NCBI GenBank assembly: GCA_973895155.1
Contig: OZ316896.1
Coordinates: forward strand, 7,086,232-7,150,231
DNA length: 64,000 bases
Direction of reading: 5' to 3'
DNA from: Marsupella aquatica
Lineage: Eukaryota; Plantae; Marchantiophyta
Both the position numbers and the translations under genes were made by a program. The notes under the pieces are model-generated. The model made no database searches, was not told where the DNA came from, and worked only from the letters and a program-made list of their open reading frames with translations. Position 1 is the stretch's first letter. Every line of letters begins with the position of its first letter. This document shows positions 1 through 13,458 of this stretch, piece after piece.

Positions 1-2001
1 ATTTGAAATCAGCAGGAACCCAGGTTCCCTCACAATTTCCTACCCTCAAAAGGCTTATTAGTTTTCTTGTATTGCAGAAGAAGAGGTTAGAAGTCACAAT
101 TTTGAATCCCAATCTAACCTCTTTGTTCCAAGTTGGTAGTTTTATTGTAACTCAAAGTCACAACTAAAATGATGTTAGCATGGACTTCTTTTGTCCTCCC
201 TCATGAAGCTTCCTGGTGGGCTTTGGGTTCTCGCTAATGAGTTCATTTGTGCAAAGGCAAATAAAGGACAAAATAATTGTTATGGTCAAGGAGTAATGAC
301 CACCATAATGTAGAGACATCAAATCTTGATGTACTCATGTATCCATTGGGCAAAGCAATGGAATTTGGTATGGATAAGGCCTGGATTGTTAGCTCCTTTC
401 GCTCCAAAGGATATAGAGAGGTGTTTGAGATTTGACATTAATCACACTCATGTAATTTATTTCCATACAGATTGGGTCTGATTCTTAGGAACAACTTTCA
501 TCTATAAGCCAATGTAACTTGGCCGTGATCTAGGAGTCCAGCCATGGCAGCCTAAACGTAGTTACACACTTGGACTACGTAGTTACACACAATTTACGTT
601 TGGAGGGATAGTTATCCCTTGTGGTGGCTCAAACGCCTCATCTTTTGATGTTGAGCCATTGAGCACGAGCTCTGGTGGCTATGGTGTGACCGACCAGGTT
701 ATGTGTATGTAATGTGGATACGCAAGGGGCGTTTGGCTTGACACTTGTATTTGATCAGATTGGACATGATCGGTTGAATGTGTATTGTTGGCGTTGATCA
801 TGGTTCAATTTCTATGAAGATTGTGCGGATTTGTTTGTCATTTACAGTAAAGCACGATTATTATCCTAAAATGGTTGGACAACCATAATGAGTACTTAAG
901 GTACCGTCACCGGTCTGAACTAAGGAGATCTACGTAACAACCACGTCAAGTGTCATGCCTTTACTAAGTAATGAGTAGAGGATGATCCAAAGTAGCCCCC
1001 AAAATAAAATTGTATCTAGGGCCAACATCAATTGGCGCTTTACTAAGACGCCCTCATGCTTGTGCAGCAAAGGGTCATCCCACCCTTCCGGGCACTCATA
1101 GACCAAAGAGAGAAATCTCTCGAGCATAAGGCAAAAAGGCCAGCTGGATTTTGTCTCACAAGGCATTCGCGCACTTGTCATCTTTCGACTAGAGCTCTCG
1201 ATAGAACGCAATGCAATGATCTACTCACTTCATACTCACGTTACTAGATTTGTCAGGCAGAATGGAGTCAGGAAGAACATGGAGAGCGGAGGTTCCCCCG
1301 GCTAGGAACAAGAAGGGAGCTCTGTCTTCACAGGAGAAGATCCGCAACTCCCTGGGCCCTCAGCTTACAAAATAACAAAACATACGTGCAAACGTCCAAT
1401 GGGTATTAAATATCAAATCCGCAAATAATATTACAACACCGTTCTAAGCAACAAGGTCCTTGTTTATATTTGAAACCGATTAGAAGAGGTGAAGGGTTTT
1501 TTTAAATGTGTCCCAAAGTTAATGAATTGAAGGCCCATGGTAATACCTAATGACACGCGTCACTTGTTCATTGGACCACCGTCACTTGTTCATTGGACCA
1601 GTGGATTAGGGGGTTCTAATTTCAAGAAGGACAATAGTGAAGCCCAATGGGTTTGTGTTGAGTGTGGTGATTTCAATATTTGTAATATTTGCTCTCAGTT
1701 TTCAGAAGTGGATGCTCCCATCCCATATGTATGGAGCAACATTAAGAATCCGTGGCCCAGTAAGATATTTGGCACTTTACAGACAGGAGTAGTGGATGAC
1801 TTCTTTAGCTTGTTAAGTGCAATGTCACCTCTAATATCTTGTAGTGAGATTTTGTTGGAATCTTCTGGAGAACTTTGATACGTCCCGTATGTAGTTTAAA
1901 TTAGATGTTTGTGTGCTAAAGCCCCAATGGCTTTCACTCATTAAATTAAATATGCATTCATGATTGAATCTTTTCGCAAAAGAATTTTTTTAGAGGCTTT
2001 A

Positions 2002-2290
2002 CACCGTGCCAGGAAACAGGAAAATGATTTCCTGTTATGAACAAAATTTTACTGTTACAAGCAAAAATGAAATATAGAAAATTTCTCATTAAAACTCAAT
2101 TTTTTTAAAAAAAAATTAAAAATGATCATTTTTGGTTAGCGTTAGGCGCTACTATTACTAGCTTGGGGCGCTAGTAAAAAAATGTCAAAAATACAAACAA
2201 ACAAATTTTTTTAAAAAAAAATCAAAAAAATTCTCATCCTTTTGCTGTTTACTGTTTGCTGTTTCCTTTTTACTGTTTCTTGGCACGGTG
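2002..2290. mobile_element. MITE-like non-autonomous DNA element
   Basis: 18-bp terminal inverted repeat CACCGTGCCAGGAAACAG ... CTGTTTCTTGGCACGGTG (1 mismatch). AT-rich interior with a central TAGCG/GCGCTA core. No clean TSD. Confidence 0.65.
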
Positions 2291-2399
2291 GTTATACCCA
2301 TTTTTTTTAACAAATGAAGGGTGTTTTAAATCCCCAAATCTATCTAATTATAATAAAATAGTTAAATTTTATATAGAACTGAACAAGATACATTTTAAT

Positions 2400-3273
2400 G
2401 TTCCTCCAAAATATAACAAGGGGTACGTGGGGGGCCTTTGGTCACAGGTATGTCTCATTACATTTCCCTTAGTGAGGGCCCAGGGCTGCAACTCCATCAT
2501 GGAGGTACAGCGCATTGAAAAGAGTCGGGCAATTCTTGACAGGGCCAGAGTTTATGGCATAATCCAGATGGACCGTTATCTATCTACCGCTCGGGCAAGA
2601 GAGATCTGCTCACAAATTACTAAGGTGACAATGTCACCCGATGCTATGTTTATCACATACAAGGGGAGGACTTATACTTTCTCCAATCCAAAATTGTGCA
2701 AAATATTCTGACTACTAGGGAGACGTTATAGACTGCTTTTGTACCAAGTAGACCCAATCAAAATAGAAGGCGTGGCATCCTTCTTACAAAAAACAAAGGT
2801 TCAAATTAACAAGGGGGAATATGCCGCATGGAGCCATCCACCAGAAGGACTATCAGAACTTTATAGAGTTTTGCACCAAGTGGGTGATGGTTAAGAGCAA
2901 ATACCATCATGCTACATTACCAAGAATTGCTATCGCGAGGGCTTTGTTTGTAGGGAATCTCCACCCTCTTCTGGAAAGCTAGTGTATCTGCTATGATCAA
3001 TTCAAAGTGTTGTCCAAAGTTCTCATCGCTTATAGATTATCAAATGAGAGTAGTGGTGCACAATATATTCAGGAGTCAACCAGTAGAGCACTGTCAGACA
3101 ATTTGGACTTAGAAGATTCCAAAAGAGAAGATCAAGTAGGGGCCCAGTGGACAACACAAGTTGGGACTACGTTGGGATCCACAGCCAATGTCAATGTGTA
3201 TGCACCAAAATACAACAAGGAGGACTTGAGGATGACAAGGAGGAAGAAGAGGGGGAACATGGATGAACGTTGA
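2400..3273 (+). pseudogene. Degenerate retrotransposon accessory-type ORF (plant transposon protein-like)
   Basis: ORF pieces 2256-2711 and 3007-3273 are broken by stops. The segment ILDRARVYGIIQM...REIC...ITYKGRTYTFS...LCKIF loosely parallels the ORF at 27.9-28.1 kb. Confidence 0.3.
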
Positions 3274-3499
3274 ATTGTGACTATAACAATTGAGAGGCCT
3301 TACATCTCCTTGCAGGGCTCTCTATCTCTCTTTGGCGGTGGTCATTTGTGGAACTCCCTTTGGCGGCATTGTCAAACATTTGTCAAGGAGCTTAATTGAC
3401 TTTTATCCTAAAAAAACTATCTAATTATACCTACTCCGTGTCATACCAGGGTCACAAAGGATTGACAAAACTTCTAAAATATGCTCGCAAGTTCAAATC

Positions 3500-5309
3500 A
3501 CACCATACATAAGTAGTTTCAGCTCTCCACTTCTAGAGAGGTAGTCCCCGTGACTACTTTTGCACTCTCCCACTTCCTCTCTCCTCTACTCCAAGGAGTA
3601 GCAAGGGGGATATCCAAGTGGTGTGAGCTTAGTCTATACTGAGCAATAAGTTGTCTAAGTTGTACTGAGATAGTGCTAGATAAGTATTCTTGTTCTCGAT
3701 ATTTCTTCATGGGGTTCACATCTCTCATGTAGTATTGCTGCCGTGGGCTAGGTTCATGCCAAAGTTTGTGCAAAGCCTTTTGCTCAAGTTTTGCTCTTAG
3801 CTTGGTTGGGTGTGTTGGCCATTCATGTTCAGGAAAATCCCAAGCATGGGCCCACCTGCACACATCTGCATACCACCCTTTAGCTGAAGATGAGCGCAAG
3901 GCATGAAAAGAAAATCTGTTTTCCTCCAACTCTCTTACACGCATGATGTATTTGAGTGTGTGGAAGAGTGCCTCCACCTCCAAAGGAAACAAGCCTGCCT
4001 CTGCAAGTGTAAGTGTCCATGAAATCTTCAAACTCAGGGCTTAGCAAGGAAGTGAGCTTTGGAGTTTTCACAATCCACTCCTTAATGGCTTCCTTCATCA
4101 TCTGACTGTGACAAAGACTCATCTCTTCAACAGACCATGGCACGTCGAAACTGCTGGCCTGGGTCTTCATCACCTGAAATTGTTGCAAGTATGAATTCTC
4201 CCCCGTTTTGACCACCTCGGGGAATAACCAAACATTGAACTAGTACCCGACGTCGGAAATGCAATTCAATTTGTGTACCATGGTACCAACTCCAATGGCT
4301 AGCAACTTGTCAACAACGAATGTTGATGAATTGCACTCGGTGCCGTCACCAAGTCAAGGTAATTGATTTTGCTTAGCCTTCCTCTTTGCATCAAGAGCCA
4401 ATCCCGGACTCAAAACAATCGTCTTGCCTCAATCTCTCCGTTGAGTCAAAACACTTGATGCTTCTCCCTCCGAGTCGATTGCAATGACAAGAAACCCCGC
4501 TCAGGCAAAAGAAGACTCCATAGCCGGCCAAAAAATCAAAACTCTTCTTTTTCTTGTCCCATTGCACTCGATATTCACTTGGTAACAAATCAGCTACCAA
4601 AATGACTAGCTCATCCCGATCTACAAGCAGAGCTATAATATGCGGCGTCTCTTTTGCTGTAGAGCTCACACCGTCGAGAAAATAAACTCTGGTCCCTCTT
4701 CAAAAAACCGTCGAACATGAATCTTGACAACTTTCTTCACAAATTCTAGAACGATGAAAACTTAGATCTCTCCACACCATAATCTTTGTTCAACGATTTC
4801 TTTGCACCGTTAGAAAGCCCTTGCCCCGATCTATCCGTTGAGCCCAAAAACTCCAAGTTCCATGCGACGGAACTCCAAGAAAACCACCAACACTCAAAGC
4901 TGGAAAAAACCATCACAAAATCCCGTCAAAAACAATGTCACCTCCCAGGCATGCTCTGATACCAATTGTTAAGCATAGACAACAATTGCAACAGTAAGCA
5001 CATGACACATCCAACACGCAAGTAGTCGACACAAGAGATATGTGGTTTACCTCCTCGAGGCTACGTCCACGGGACCACACAAGAGAGCTTTACTGAACTC
5101 TAAGCCCGTCGGCCGTACCAAGTCTCCACATTGTAAGCTCTCTTCATCTCTCAAGTGGCCCCATAACAATGAGCCTAAGTTCCACTTATCCAAGAAAACA
5201 TTGCTTGGCATATAGTGTGAATCCTAGTTAACCTAACCACATCTTCGACTATAGTTAGCCTAACTATGGTTACATGTCGTAACCCTAGACCTTGAGTAAA
5301 TACCTAACA
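3500..5309 (-). mobile_element. Ty1/Copia 5' portion: LTR (4967-5309), Met-tRNA PBS, decayed gag
   Basis: LTR bounded by TGTTA...TAACA. PBS TGGTATCAGAGC on the - strand at 4953-4964, 2 nt from the LTR. An ATG and gag-like remnants follow (DIVFDG.., LLSPEFEDFMDT). Confidence 0.75.
3615..4016 (-). mobile_element. Internal ~400-bp fragment of the RTEX-like LINE (no 5' end, no tail)
   Basis: Near-identical reverse complement of ~38343-38744 (TLTLAEAGLFPLEV...QYRLSSHH). Confidence 0.9.
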
Positions 5310-8300
5310 GATCCTGCAGTGAGAAGAAACAAGCCATCTCCTTAGTAAACTCTGCCCTGAGTGATAAGAACCATGGTCCTTATGAGAGTTGTGGCCCTGG
5401 TGATACCTAGAATCCCCATAAGGGGCGTGTAAAGAGTAAGTATAATCGCTATGTGGTTTACACCTACTTTACACCAAAAAAGGGCTAAATGAAAACGGGC
5501 ATAACTTGGGCTAGGGGCATCCATTGGGGCCCAAAGTTTTTTGCGTTGAGTCAAGGGAAGGTAAGACACCCCTTTGTGAAGGTGGAAACCCAGAAAAAGA
5601 ACCACCCTGGAAATATATTTTAGCCGAGGCCAAGAGGCGGTCCCGATAGCTTGCAAACCAGAGCCGACATAACGAACACCAGATTTAGGGACTAACCTTT
5701 CTCGCACCCATACCACTTTACTTAGACTCTAGGGAAGGGTACTTACCTTTGGTCAAGGGGGTGTAAGGCCATCAAGTTAAGAGAAGTAAGTATAGGGGTA
5801 GTTTACTTAGGGTAGTAAATTAAAGGGTTACAAGTAAAATAAGATCAACTTTGACTAGACATAACTTGAGACTCACTCACTCTTTTTGCAAGCTTTCAAG
5901 AGGGTTGGAAAGTTGGTGAGGAGGACCATAAGTGGGAGCAGGTTTGGAGGTCAAAGCATGCAACTCTTGTGTGGCATGTTCCAGGGCTTGGAAGGAGTCA
6001 AAGACAACAGGTTGTAAAGTGGGCTATGAACTATAGAGTTGGACTTTGTGTGTTAGGAGGACTTGGGGGAGGTATAGTTGGACCCCAAGTCAAGCTTGGT
6101 GTGGTGTGGAAGGAGAATAGTATATAATGAGGAAGTTTTGCTTTGTTAGGGACCAAAATTCTCATTTCTCGAAGTAGAGGCTCTACCTTGCTAAGTTGGG
6201 GCTAAGCTTGAGAAGGAGGTGAGGTCCATATTTAGTGTGAGGATTTTGTAGAAGATCTTTTGTTGTAAGGATTGAGTATGCAATGAAAGGAGTCTTCCCA
6301 ATCTTCATTGTGACCATTAAGTATGAATGCATTTGAAATGTATGAGAGCAATTAGAGAAGTGTCCATGTTAGGGTACAATCTTGGTCTAAGCTTGAAGGG
6401 GATGTGCTGGTACACAACCAAGGCCAGGGAGGCAAGGTTAAGGTGGAGTACTATTTTGGGACTTAGAGATGATTGTATCTTGAGGATGGAAAGTACCTTG
6501 CCTTGAGTGAGAACAAGAGGGAAGAGTCCTTAGCGAGAAGAGTTGTCTTTAAGAGCTCAAAGGGAATGTGTGGGCCCAAACCAAGGCCAGGGGGGCAAGG
6601 TTAAAGGGTAACACTACTTTAAGGATCTAATCGCAAAACATCTTCAATCCCCCAGTGTTTGGGGATGGCCGCAGTGCCAAGATAAAGGACCAGGTTCTCC
6701 CGTACCAAGCTCCAGGCACACCAAAGCTGACCAGTATAACAGAGCTTCCCAAATGAGCGAGGAGTACTAAGCAGGACCTTATCCTTCATTGAGTAGTTGT
6801 TCCTGCGTACCGTCGTATAGTTGCGCCATTTAGTTAGCTTTAGATTCTCCGTATACATCCTGGCCCATTCTGATTCCGGTCTATCAAGCGCCCTAGTAAA
6901 CCATTTACTCAGTAGAGCATCAGAAGTCCTTCAATCCCAGGCCACCATCCACCTTAGGTCATGCCAGCTTCTCCCACGCCACCAGTGGAATTTGCTTCCC
7001 CCCTGTTTGTTAATCCCCCAAAGAAAGACACGACTGAGTGCAATCAGCTTCTTTGCCAGAGAAGCAGAGGATTGCAGAAACATCATGTGATATACAGGAA
7101 TGGCAAGTAAAACATGTTTGATCAACAACACCCTTCCAGTGAAAGATAGAAAACGGGTAGACCAAGATGAGAGTCTGGCTCCAATTTGGTCGAGGCAAAA
7201 GTCATGCAGTTGTGCTTCAGTAAGATCCAAGCCAAAAGGAGCACCCAAATATTTCTGTTTCACTCCTCTTGCACTAATCAGACATCCAGTAGCCAGAAGC
7301 CAGCTCGGGATCACCTCCACAGCAAGGGGAATAACAACTGACTTGTTTAAGTTCAATTTAGCACCTGTGGCATCTTTGTAGCAAGTGAGAGCACTCCTGG
7401 CTTGCTCAAAGGCGGCCGCTGAGGCCGGGATGAACAACCCTAAGTCATCTGCAAAAAGTCTAAAACATATGTGTAGAGAGCTGGAAATCTGCAAACCCTG
7501 TAATCTACCAGCATTAATCTCCGATGTAAGAAAATCCATCAAGGGCTGTGTAGATATGACAAAGAGAAGAGGTGATAGAGGGCAGCCTTATCTCACACCC
7601 CTGGACATCTTCACATCCTCAGTCCAGATGCCATTGACAAGAGCCTTAGAGCAGGCATTGCTGATCAGAGACTTTACTAGAAAAATAAAATGTGAGGCAA
7701 GGCCTAACAGGTTCATAGTTTCCCATATGTAAGAGTGATCCACTCTATCAAAGGCCTTCTCAAAATCCAGTTTCAGGAAAAGAGTCGGGGTCCTAGTGAA
7801 GTTAATCCAGTCTTTAACCAACCAGGTGAGAGAGATATTTTCCAGAATGTGCCGCCCAGGGATAAAGCCTATCTGTTGTGGACAGATCAGCTTAGGTAGT
7901 AACATTTTTAGACGAAGGGCTAGCAGCTTAGCCAAGAGCTTGTATACAATGGTTAACATGGTTAATGCTCTCCAGTCCCCCAGTCTTTGCTTATCAGTTT
8001 TCTTAGGAATAAAACGAATAACCCCATCTTTGATGTTGAAAGCCAGATGTCCTGTCCTCCAGAAATCACAGATCATGTCATGAAAGTCAGTCTTCATGAA
8101 TTCCCAGCAAGCCCTGAAGGTCTCCGCAGTCATGCCATCAATACCAGGAGCTTTGTCACTGGGAAGGAGTAACAAAGTGTCGTGCAGTTCACGTATAGAA
8201 GGCAGCTCTTCAAGCATTCTAACCTCAGCCGCAATAGGGGCAAAGTGTGTGTTCCTACTCAGAATCCTGCATGCTGTTCTCTGCTTCTTCAATTCTTCTC

Positions 8301-8537
8301 CTTCCGGTATTAATGGCGGTGAGTACAGCTTCTCACAAAAATGTTGTATCTCTCCAACAATGAGTCGCTCCTCCCTTAATTCTGTGCCACCATCAACCAC
8401 AAGATATTCCATCTTTTCTCTGTGCCATTTGGCCTTAACAGTGGAGAAATAGAACTTAGAGGGTTCGTCGCCTTGGCCCAACCATTTAATCCTAGATAGC
8501 CGGCGATAGTGGTGAGCATCTTCAAGTTCCATTGAGC

Positions 8538-8864
8538 GGGGGTATTTACAAACGACAGCAAATAGCAAACAGTAACAGGAAACATAAACTGGTAACAGGA
8601 AAATGAGTGGTAATTTTTTTTGAATTTTTTAAAAAAAATTTGTTTTTGAAAAAAAAAGTTTTTTTTTGCCGAAATATTTTTTTCTAGCGCCCGGCGCTGG
8701 TAATGCTAGCGCCCAAAGCTAGCCAAAAAAAGTTGTCGACAATTTTTTTTTGAGAAATGTGATTTTTTAGGAAATATTTTTACATTGTCATTTTTCTGGT
8801 AACAGTAAAGTTTTGCTGGTACTAGTAAACCTGTTTCCTATTTACTGTCATGCATGTCATACCC
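8538..8864. mobile_element. MITE inserted in L1 ORF2
   Basis: Imperfect TIR GGGTATTTACAAACGACAGCAAATAG ... CTATTTACTGTCATGCATGTCATACCC. GAGC flanks both sides (8534-8537, 8865-8868). The interior resembles the 2002-2290 element in the opposite orientation. Confidence 0.7.
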
Positions 8865-9365
8865 GAGCCTGTGAGTACATTATCTTTGGTATCCATAAAC
8901 TCTGTGATACTTTCAGTGGAGCAACCCTCCATAATGGTAACCTTCAGAAGTCAAAGTTTGTCATGCAGTAGTGCAGCCTTTGCAGCCTTGGGCAGTCTGT
9001 GGTGAAGATTGTAGTGTCATATAGCATTGGCGGAGACGCTGATACGCCAAAGAAAATTGCAGATGAGGTTCAGCAAGGGGAGCGGCATCCCCAATCCCAA
9101 AGGTTCGCAGAGTTCCTGACCACAGCAGGGTTAGCTTTGAAGTAAGAAGTGTGTCGTTGATCAGAAGCAGACGTGAGCAAGGGGGCAATGCGGAAAAAGA
9201 TCAGCATCGGGTCATGGTCCGATAGTGTCAATGTGCCATATTTGAGCTCCACCAGTTCCTCCGTCCACTGGCCTTTCTCACTGAAATAGAACCTATCAAG
9301 GCGAGATTGAGTCAACAGGCCGTTTTGTATATGTAAACCTGGATCCCGATACCTGACCAAGAATA

Positions 9366-9700
9366 GAGAGCTTGACATTCTACACGGTGCAGGTCGGCTC
9401 TCAATTGCACCATCAAAGTATTGTGCACTATCTGGTCTACAAAAAAGATGCCTTGCTGCTAACCATTGACGGTGGCCACTGTACTCCAATTTTTGCAAGT
9501 GCTTAGAACCACGTGCCACACATTTTGGCCCACAGATGACACATCCTTTGTATCCAGCGTGTTGTTGTCCAGATATTAAACCATATGCAGGGTAATCATT
9601 GATTGTCCACAATAGCACAGCCCTTAGGTTGAAGTGTTGAGACAATCCCGGGCGTGGCAATTTGTCAAAGCAGGGCACTCCTTTTGTCCACAACAGCTCG
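9366..9700 (-). mobile_element. CACTA (En/Spm) Tnp2/Transposase_21 internal fragment within the L1 endonuclease
   Basis: LWTKGV..FNLRAVLLWTINDYPAYGLISG..GYKGCVICG..YSGHRQWL..H..FDG..E.RPAP is the hallmark Tnp2 block. The L1 APE frame resumes on both sides. Confidence 0.85.
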
Positions 9701-10318
9701 TGTCTTGCTGGTCAAGTCAAACCTTCAGAAACCTCCAAAATTCCAATTCCCTCTCGCGGATCAACGGGGTCAAGCTAGTGGAATCGCATCGGAGCTCAGT
9801 CATGTTAAAATCTCCAGTGAACACCCATCGACCCTGAGGCAATTTGTTTTTCAAATCATTCCAGAGAATAGCTCGTTCTCCTGGAGAGTTGGGCACGTAC
9901 ACACTGATCAGCCCAAAGGTTCCCTTGGCGTGTTCCAGCTGGGCCCAAACAGCTCTGCCCAGGTCCAGCGTACCCGATGACAGTACCTTAAGTGACGGGT
10001 GCAATAAAATACCTGTGCCTCCCCTACCATCAACGGGGGCCAAGTAAAAATGCTCATAATCGGGTAGGATGGTCTTCAGTGCATTATCCAATCAAAATTC
10101 ATCAGCCTTTACTTCCTGCAAAGCCATGGCGTCGAGTGGAGGTCGGATTGAAGAAGCCCATTTCAACACCACATGCTTTCTATCCGGATTATATAAGCCG
10201 CAGACATTCCATGATGCAAAATTGAGGAGTGTCATATCGCTCCACTTCTCCAAGGGGCCAGCAAAGCAGTTTCAGGAGAAGCAACAATAGCCAAAATTAT
10301 GCCTCAACATTCAGCAGG

Positions 10319-11976
10319 TTAGAGGGAGCAGCATTCCCACCAACCACCCCCACCGCCCCGCTTGTAGGCTGCACCTCCACCAGAGGGACAGGGAGCGTGT
10401 GCAGCGATGGGGCAATTCTGCTCCCGAGTCAACTTCCGACCTGGAGTCACCCAGCCCTCAGCATCTTGCACAGTAGAATCAGGGGAGAAAAGTAAGGATC
10501 GTTGATTCTTGGCTTTCTTTTTGCCTTTATCCTTCTTTTTCTCCTCAAGTGGGGATCTGCGTGCCAGTTTCCTAGCTCGATGTTTCTTTTGAGCAAAGTG
10601 GGATATAAATTTCTCATATTTGGATAGCTCCATATCAGAAGGTATTTCAGAGCCAGAGGGGTCATCCACCATTTCCTCAGATCCCTCCCCAACAGCACCC
10701 GGTTGAGTCCCTTCTGCAGGCAAAAGTGCCAAAAGGGGCTCAAGTTCCCTAGAAGGCATTAGAGTAATCTCAGGTGCTGCCAACAAAAGCTTAGGCTTGT
10801 CATCCATAGCCTGTAGATCTTGAAAAATCCTAGGAACCTCGTTCTCCACAGAAACAGAGTTAACCAGAGGGTTTTGGGGACCCAGTTCAGCAGATTCATC
10901 CACCGCCGATGCAATCACAACTGGCCAGGAATCAATAGCCAGCACCGGTGCAGTGCCAAATAAAGAGCTCCCTCCAGGATCATGCTCAACAGCAGTCGTA
11001 GTTCCAAGGATGCCCCCGGGAGGAGAAGGAGCCGCCATGGTTTCAGACTCAAGAGGGGCAGGCATGTCAACAGTAGTAACTAATTCCGCAGGGATAACCT
11101 CACCCTGATCAGTATTAAGAGGAGTGGCTAGGGGGACCTCTTGTGCCTGCTCTTTGTGTGATCGACAATCCCTGGCCAAGTGGCCTTTGCGATTACAGAT
11201 AAAATAGTGGAAGGGTATTTTTTGAAAATGACTGGTTGCCAAATGGAGAGATGAACCTGAACTTGGACTTCAACACTGCGCGGGACCTCCCATTGAGTGT
11301 CCCAAAGTATACAAACACGATCATGGGGGTAGGAGCTTAAATCATCGCCCTGAATATAATGCAAAATATCACCCAGAGAAGCAGCCAACTTCCGACGATA
11401 GGGTTCCAATAGCAGTGCACAAAAAGGGATTTCAATCCAAACAGGTAAGAGAGTGTAAAACTCATTCATGATATCAAAGGACGGGTTCCAGGGGAAGGTA
11501 AAAACATACTTTCGTTCCAGAAACCAGGGTGCCTCTGCTAAAGCCAGGTCCTGGTGCTCAGGATTTTTGAAGGCCACCATGTAGAAGCTCTTTCCCACAA
11601 ATTTCACTTGTGTTACTGGCCACTTCCTTTTGTTAACAAAAGTCTTCTCCACCCAGAATTTAAACGTCGGAAGCATAGGTGCACAATCAGTGAAATAACA
11701 CATCATGGAGCAGTTGAATAGCCCCCAAACAGTCTCAGCCGCCTCTTCAAGGGACCAAGTAATTGTAGTGTGAGGCTGGGAGGGCCAATTTTGTATCGTG
11801 AGATCTGAGATCCTTCTCAAAAGCGGAATGCAAGCCTCAGCTTCCTCCGCCCTTGCCTCAGCTGAGGATTGCACGCCCTCTCTCGTTGCACCCAAAGTTG
11901 GAGGACCAGCAGGCCCAGCTGAGTGAAACTGGCTACGATCATTGCGATCTTGCTCTGACACTCCGTCCACATTCAT
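10319..11976 (-). pseudogene. L1 ORF1 (DUF4283 + CCHC zinc knuckle), frameshifted
   Basis: ORFs 11128-11976 and 10319-11242 overlap across a frameshift near the zinc knuckle. Confidence 0.8.
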
Positions 11977-13458
11977 GTCTTCCCTACCAAATCATTCACC
12001 AATGTCATCTTGAAAGGTTTCATTGTAGGAGGGCTGCTTGCAACCTTCCAAAACATCCATAGAAACAGTGTCAAGGGCACAATGAGCTTCCCATCTTGCA
12101 AATCCATCAACATTATCACCAAAATGTTTCAAACCAAACCAACTCTGCAATGGTTGATCAGAGGGAAGAGCAGTGATTGCCTCCCTATCAAGTGGACATT
12201 GGCTTCTTATCAAATTGGATCGGGCATCCTGTCCCAAAAAATTGCTCACATAACGACCCCTGCTAGGAGCAAAAAACTCGCGCTCGCAAGGGCCACCAAA
12301 ATCCACATGATGCCAATGGCCAGCACCTCCTTCCACATCCCTCCGTGCCACATCCCTCTGTGCAGCCCCGTCGCGTAGAAAGGCAGGTCCCGCCATGAGA
12401 GCCCCGCATCCTCCGTGTCCCGAAGTGTTCCTCCAATATATCGACATAGATATCAAGTTGATCAAGACAAATTAAAGAAAGGTAAATGGCAGGGGGCACC
12501 AGTCTAGCACACGGGATACAATGAGCACGCACCTCAAAGACGAAGCAGGAGATTCCCAATCACTTATGCATGAATTTGTGAAAGGGAGGCCTAAATTAGT
12601 AGCGCAAGATGTGGATAGTATCTCACCTGGAATCTTGGTCACTAGAGAGGAGAATGTCCGCCAGCACAGAGAACAGCACCCAAATCCCCAAAGGCGGTCA
12701 AGGGAGTCACCAGCAAGCCAATGTTGCAAGAATCAACAAGTGAGCCGTAGGGATGGTGGAGTCACCCCAGAAATTGGAGTCAAAAAGTGAGAAGCCGCAA
12801 GAGCAGCGCCTCAAGGAATACGCAACAAAGGCCCAGTACTAGTGATTGCATGCAATGCAGTACACCCAGTGTGTGGCAGTGTCTGCACTACCAAACCAAA
12901 GATGTCGTAACGTTGTTTGAATGCAAGTAAAGATGAAAGCGCTTTCAACATAAAGGCCAAAGAGATTAGCCCCGCGACTCCTTCCGTCTGTGACGCAATT
13001 TCACCCTACCCAGAGATTCAGCCCACAGCACGAGCGCGGTCGGACCCCTTGTCTGCTCCCAGATACATTCCCATCATTCAGATGTTAGAATCGTTGGAAA
13101 AAAAGTTTGAACCTACAGCTTCAGCTTTTGTCGCGCGCCAGAGTAAGCAAAGTTTAGATAGCTTGTCTGTGGATCATCATTCTGATGGTCAAATCCATTC
13201 AAAGTCGTCTTAATCAGTCGTAATCCTTGCCATTATCTCGATAATCATCACAAACATAACACGATCCACAAAGATCGAACACCACACCCTCCAAAACACC
13301 CAAAAACCCCAAACCCTAGTTCTCACAGCTCCGTCAGTTCTCACAGCTCCGTCAGTTTGCCCTCTCCCCAAGAAAACCACTTTCAAACGCTAATCTTATT
13401 TATCCATATGCATCTTCATATTATTGTTACACAACCTCACTATTGTTTTGTTTTGTAG

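Larger units (their letters stand above)
6620..10236 (-). pseudogene. L1 ORF2 (APE endonuclease + reverse transcriptase), interrupted
   Basis: ORF pieces 9717-10091, 7588-8568 and 6931-7542 carry canonical APE and RT motifs. Confidence 0.88.
6620..13400 (-). mobile_element. Plant L1-clade LINE, degenerate, 3' end missing, with nested insertions
   Basis: ORF1 has a DUF4283-like region (FYMVAF..APWFLERKYVFTFPWNP..LPVWIEIP) and a zinc knuckle (ICNRKGHLARDC). ORF2 has APE motifs (FASWNVCGL, LQE, GDFN, SRLDRFY, SDHDP) and RT motifs (KAPGIDG, KLDFEKAFDRV, LFADD, KYLG). Stops and frameshifts present. Confidence 0.9.

Noticed and set aside
1-1990. Short ORFs and a 14-bp repeat (ACGTAGTTACACAC)
   Set aside because: No recognisable motif or termini; probably unclassified TE remnants.
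5310-6620. LTR/UTR-like region with a duplicated CCAAGGCCAGGG.GGCAAGGTTAA
   Set aside because: Likely retrotransposon-derived, but no PBS, PPT, termini or coding motif to support a call.
9070-9693. Apparent Tnp2-endonuclease fusion ORF
   Set aside because: Chance read-through across an insertion junction in a dead L1.
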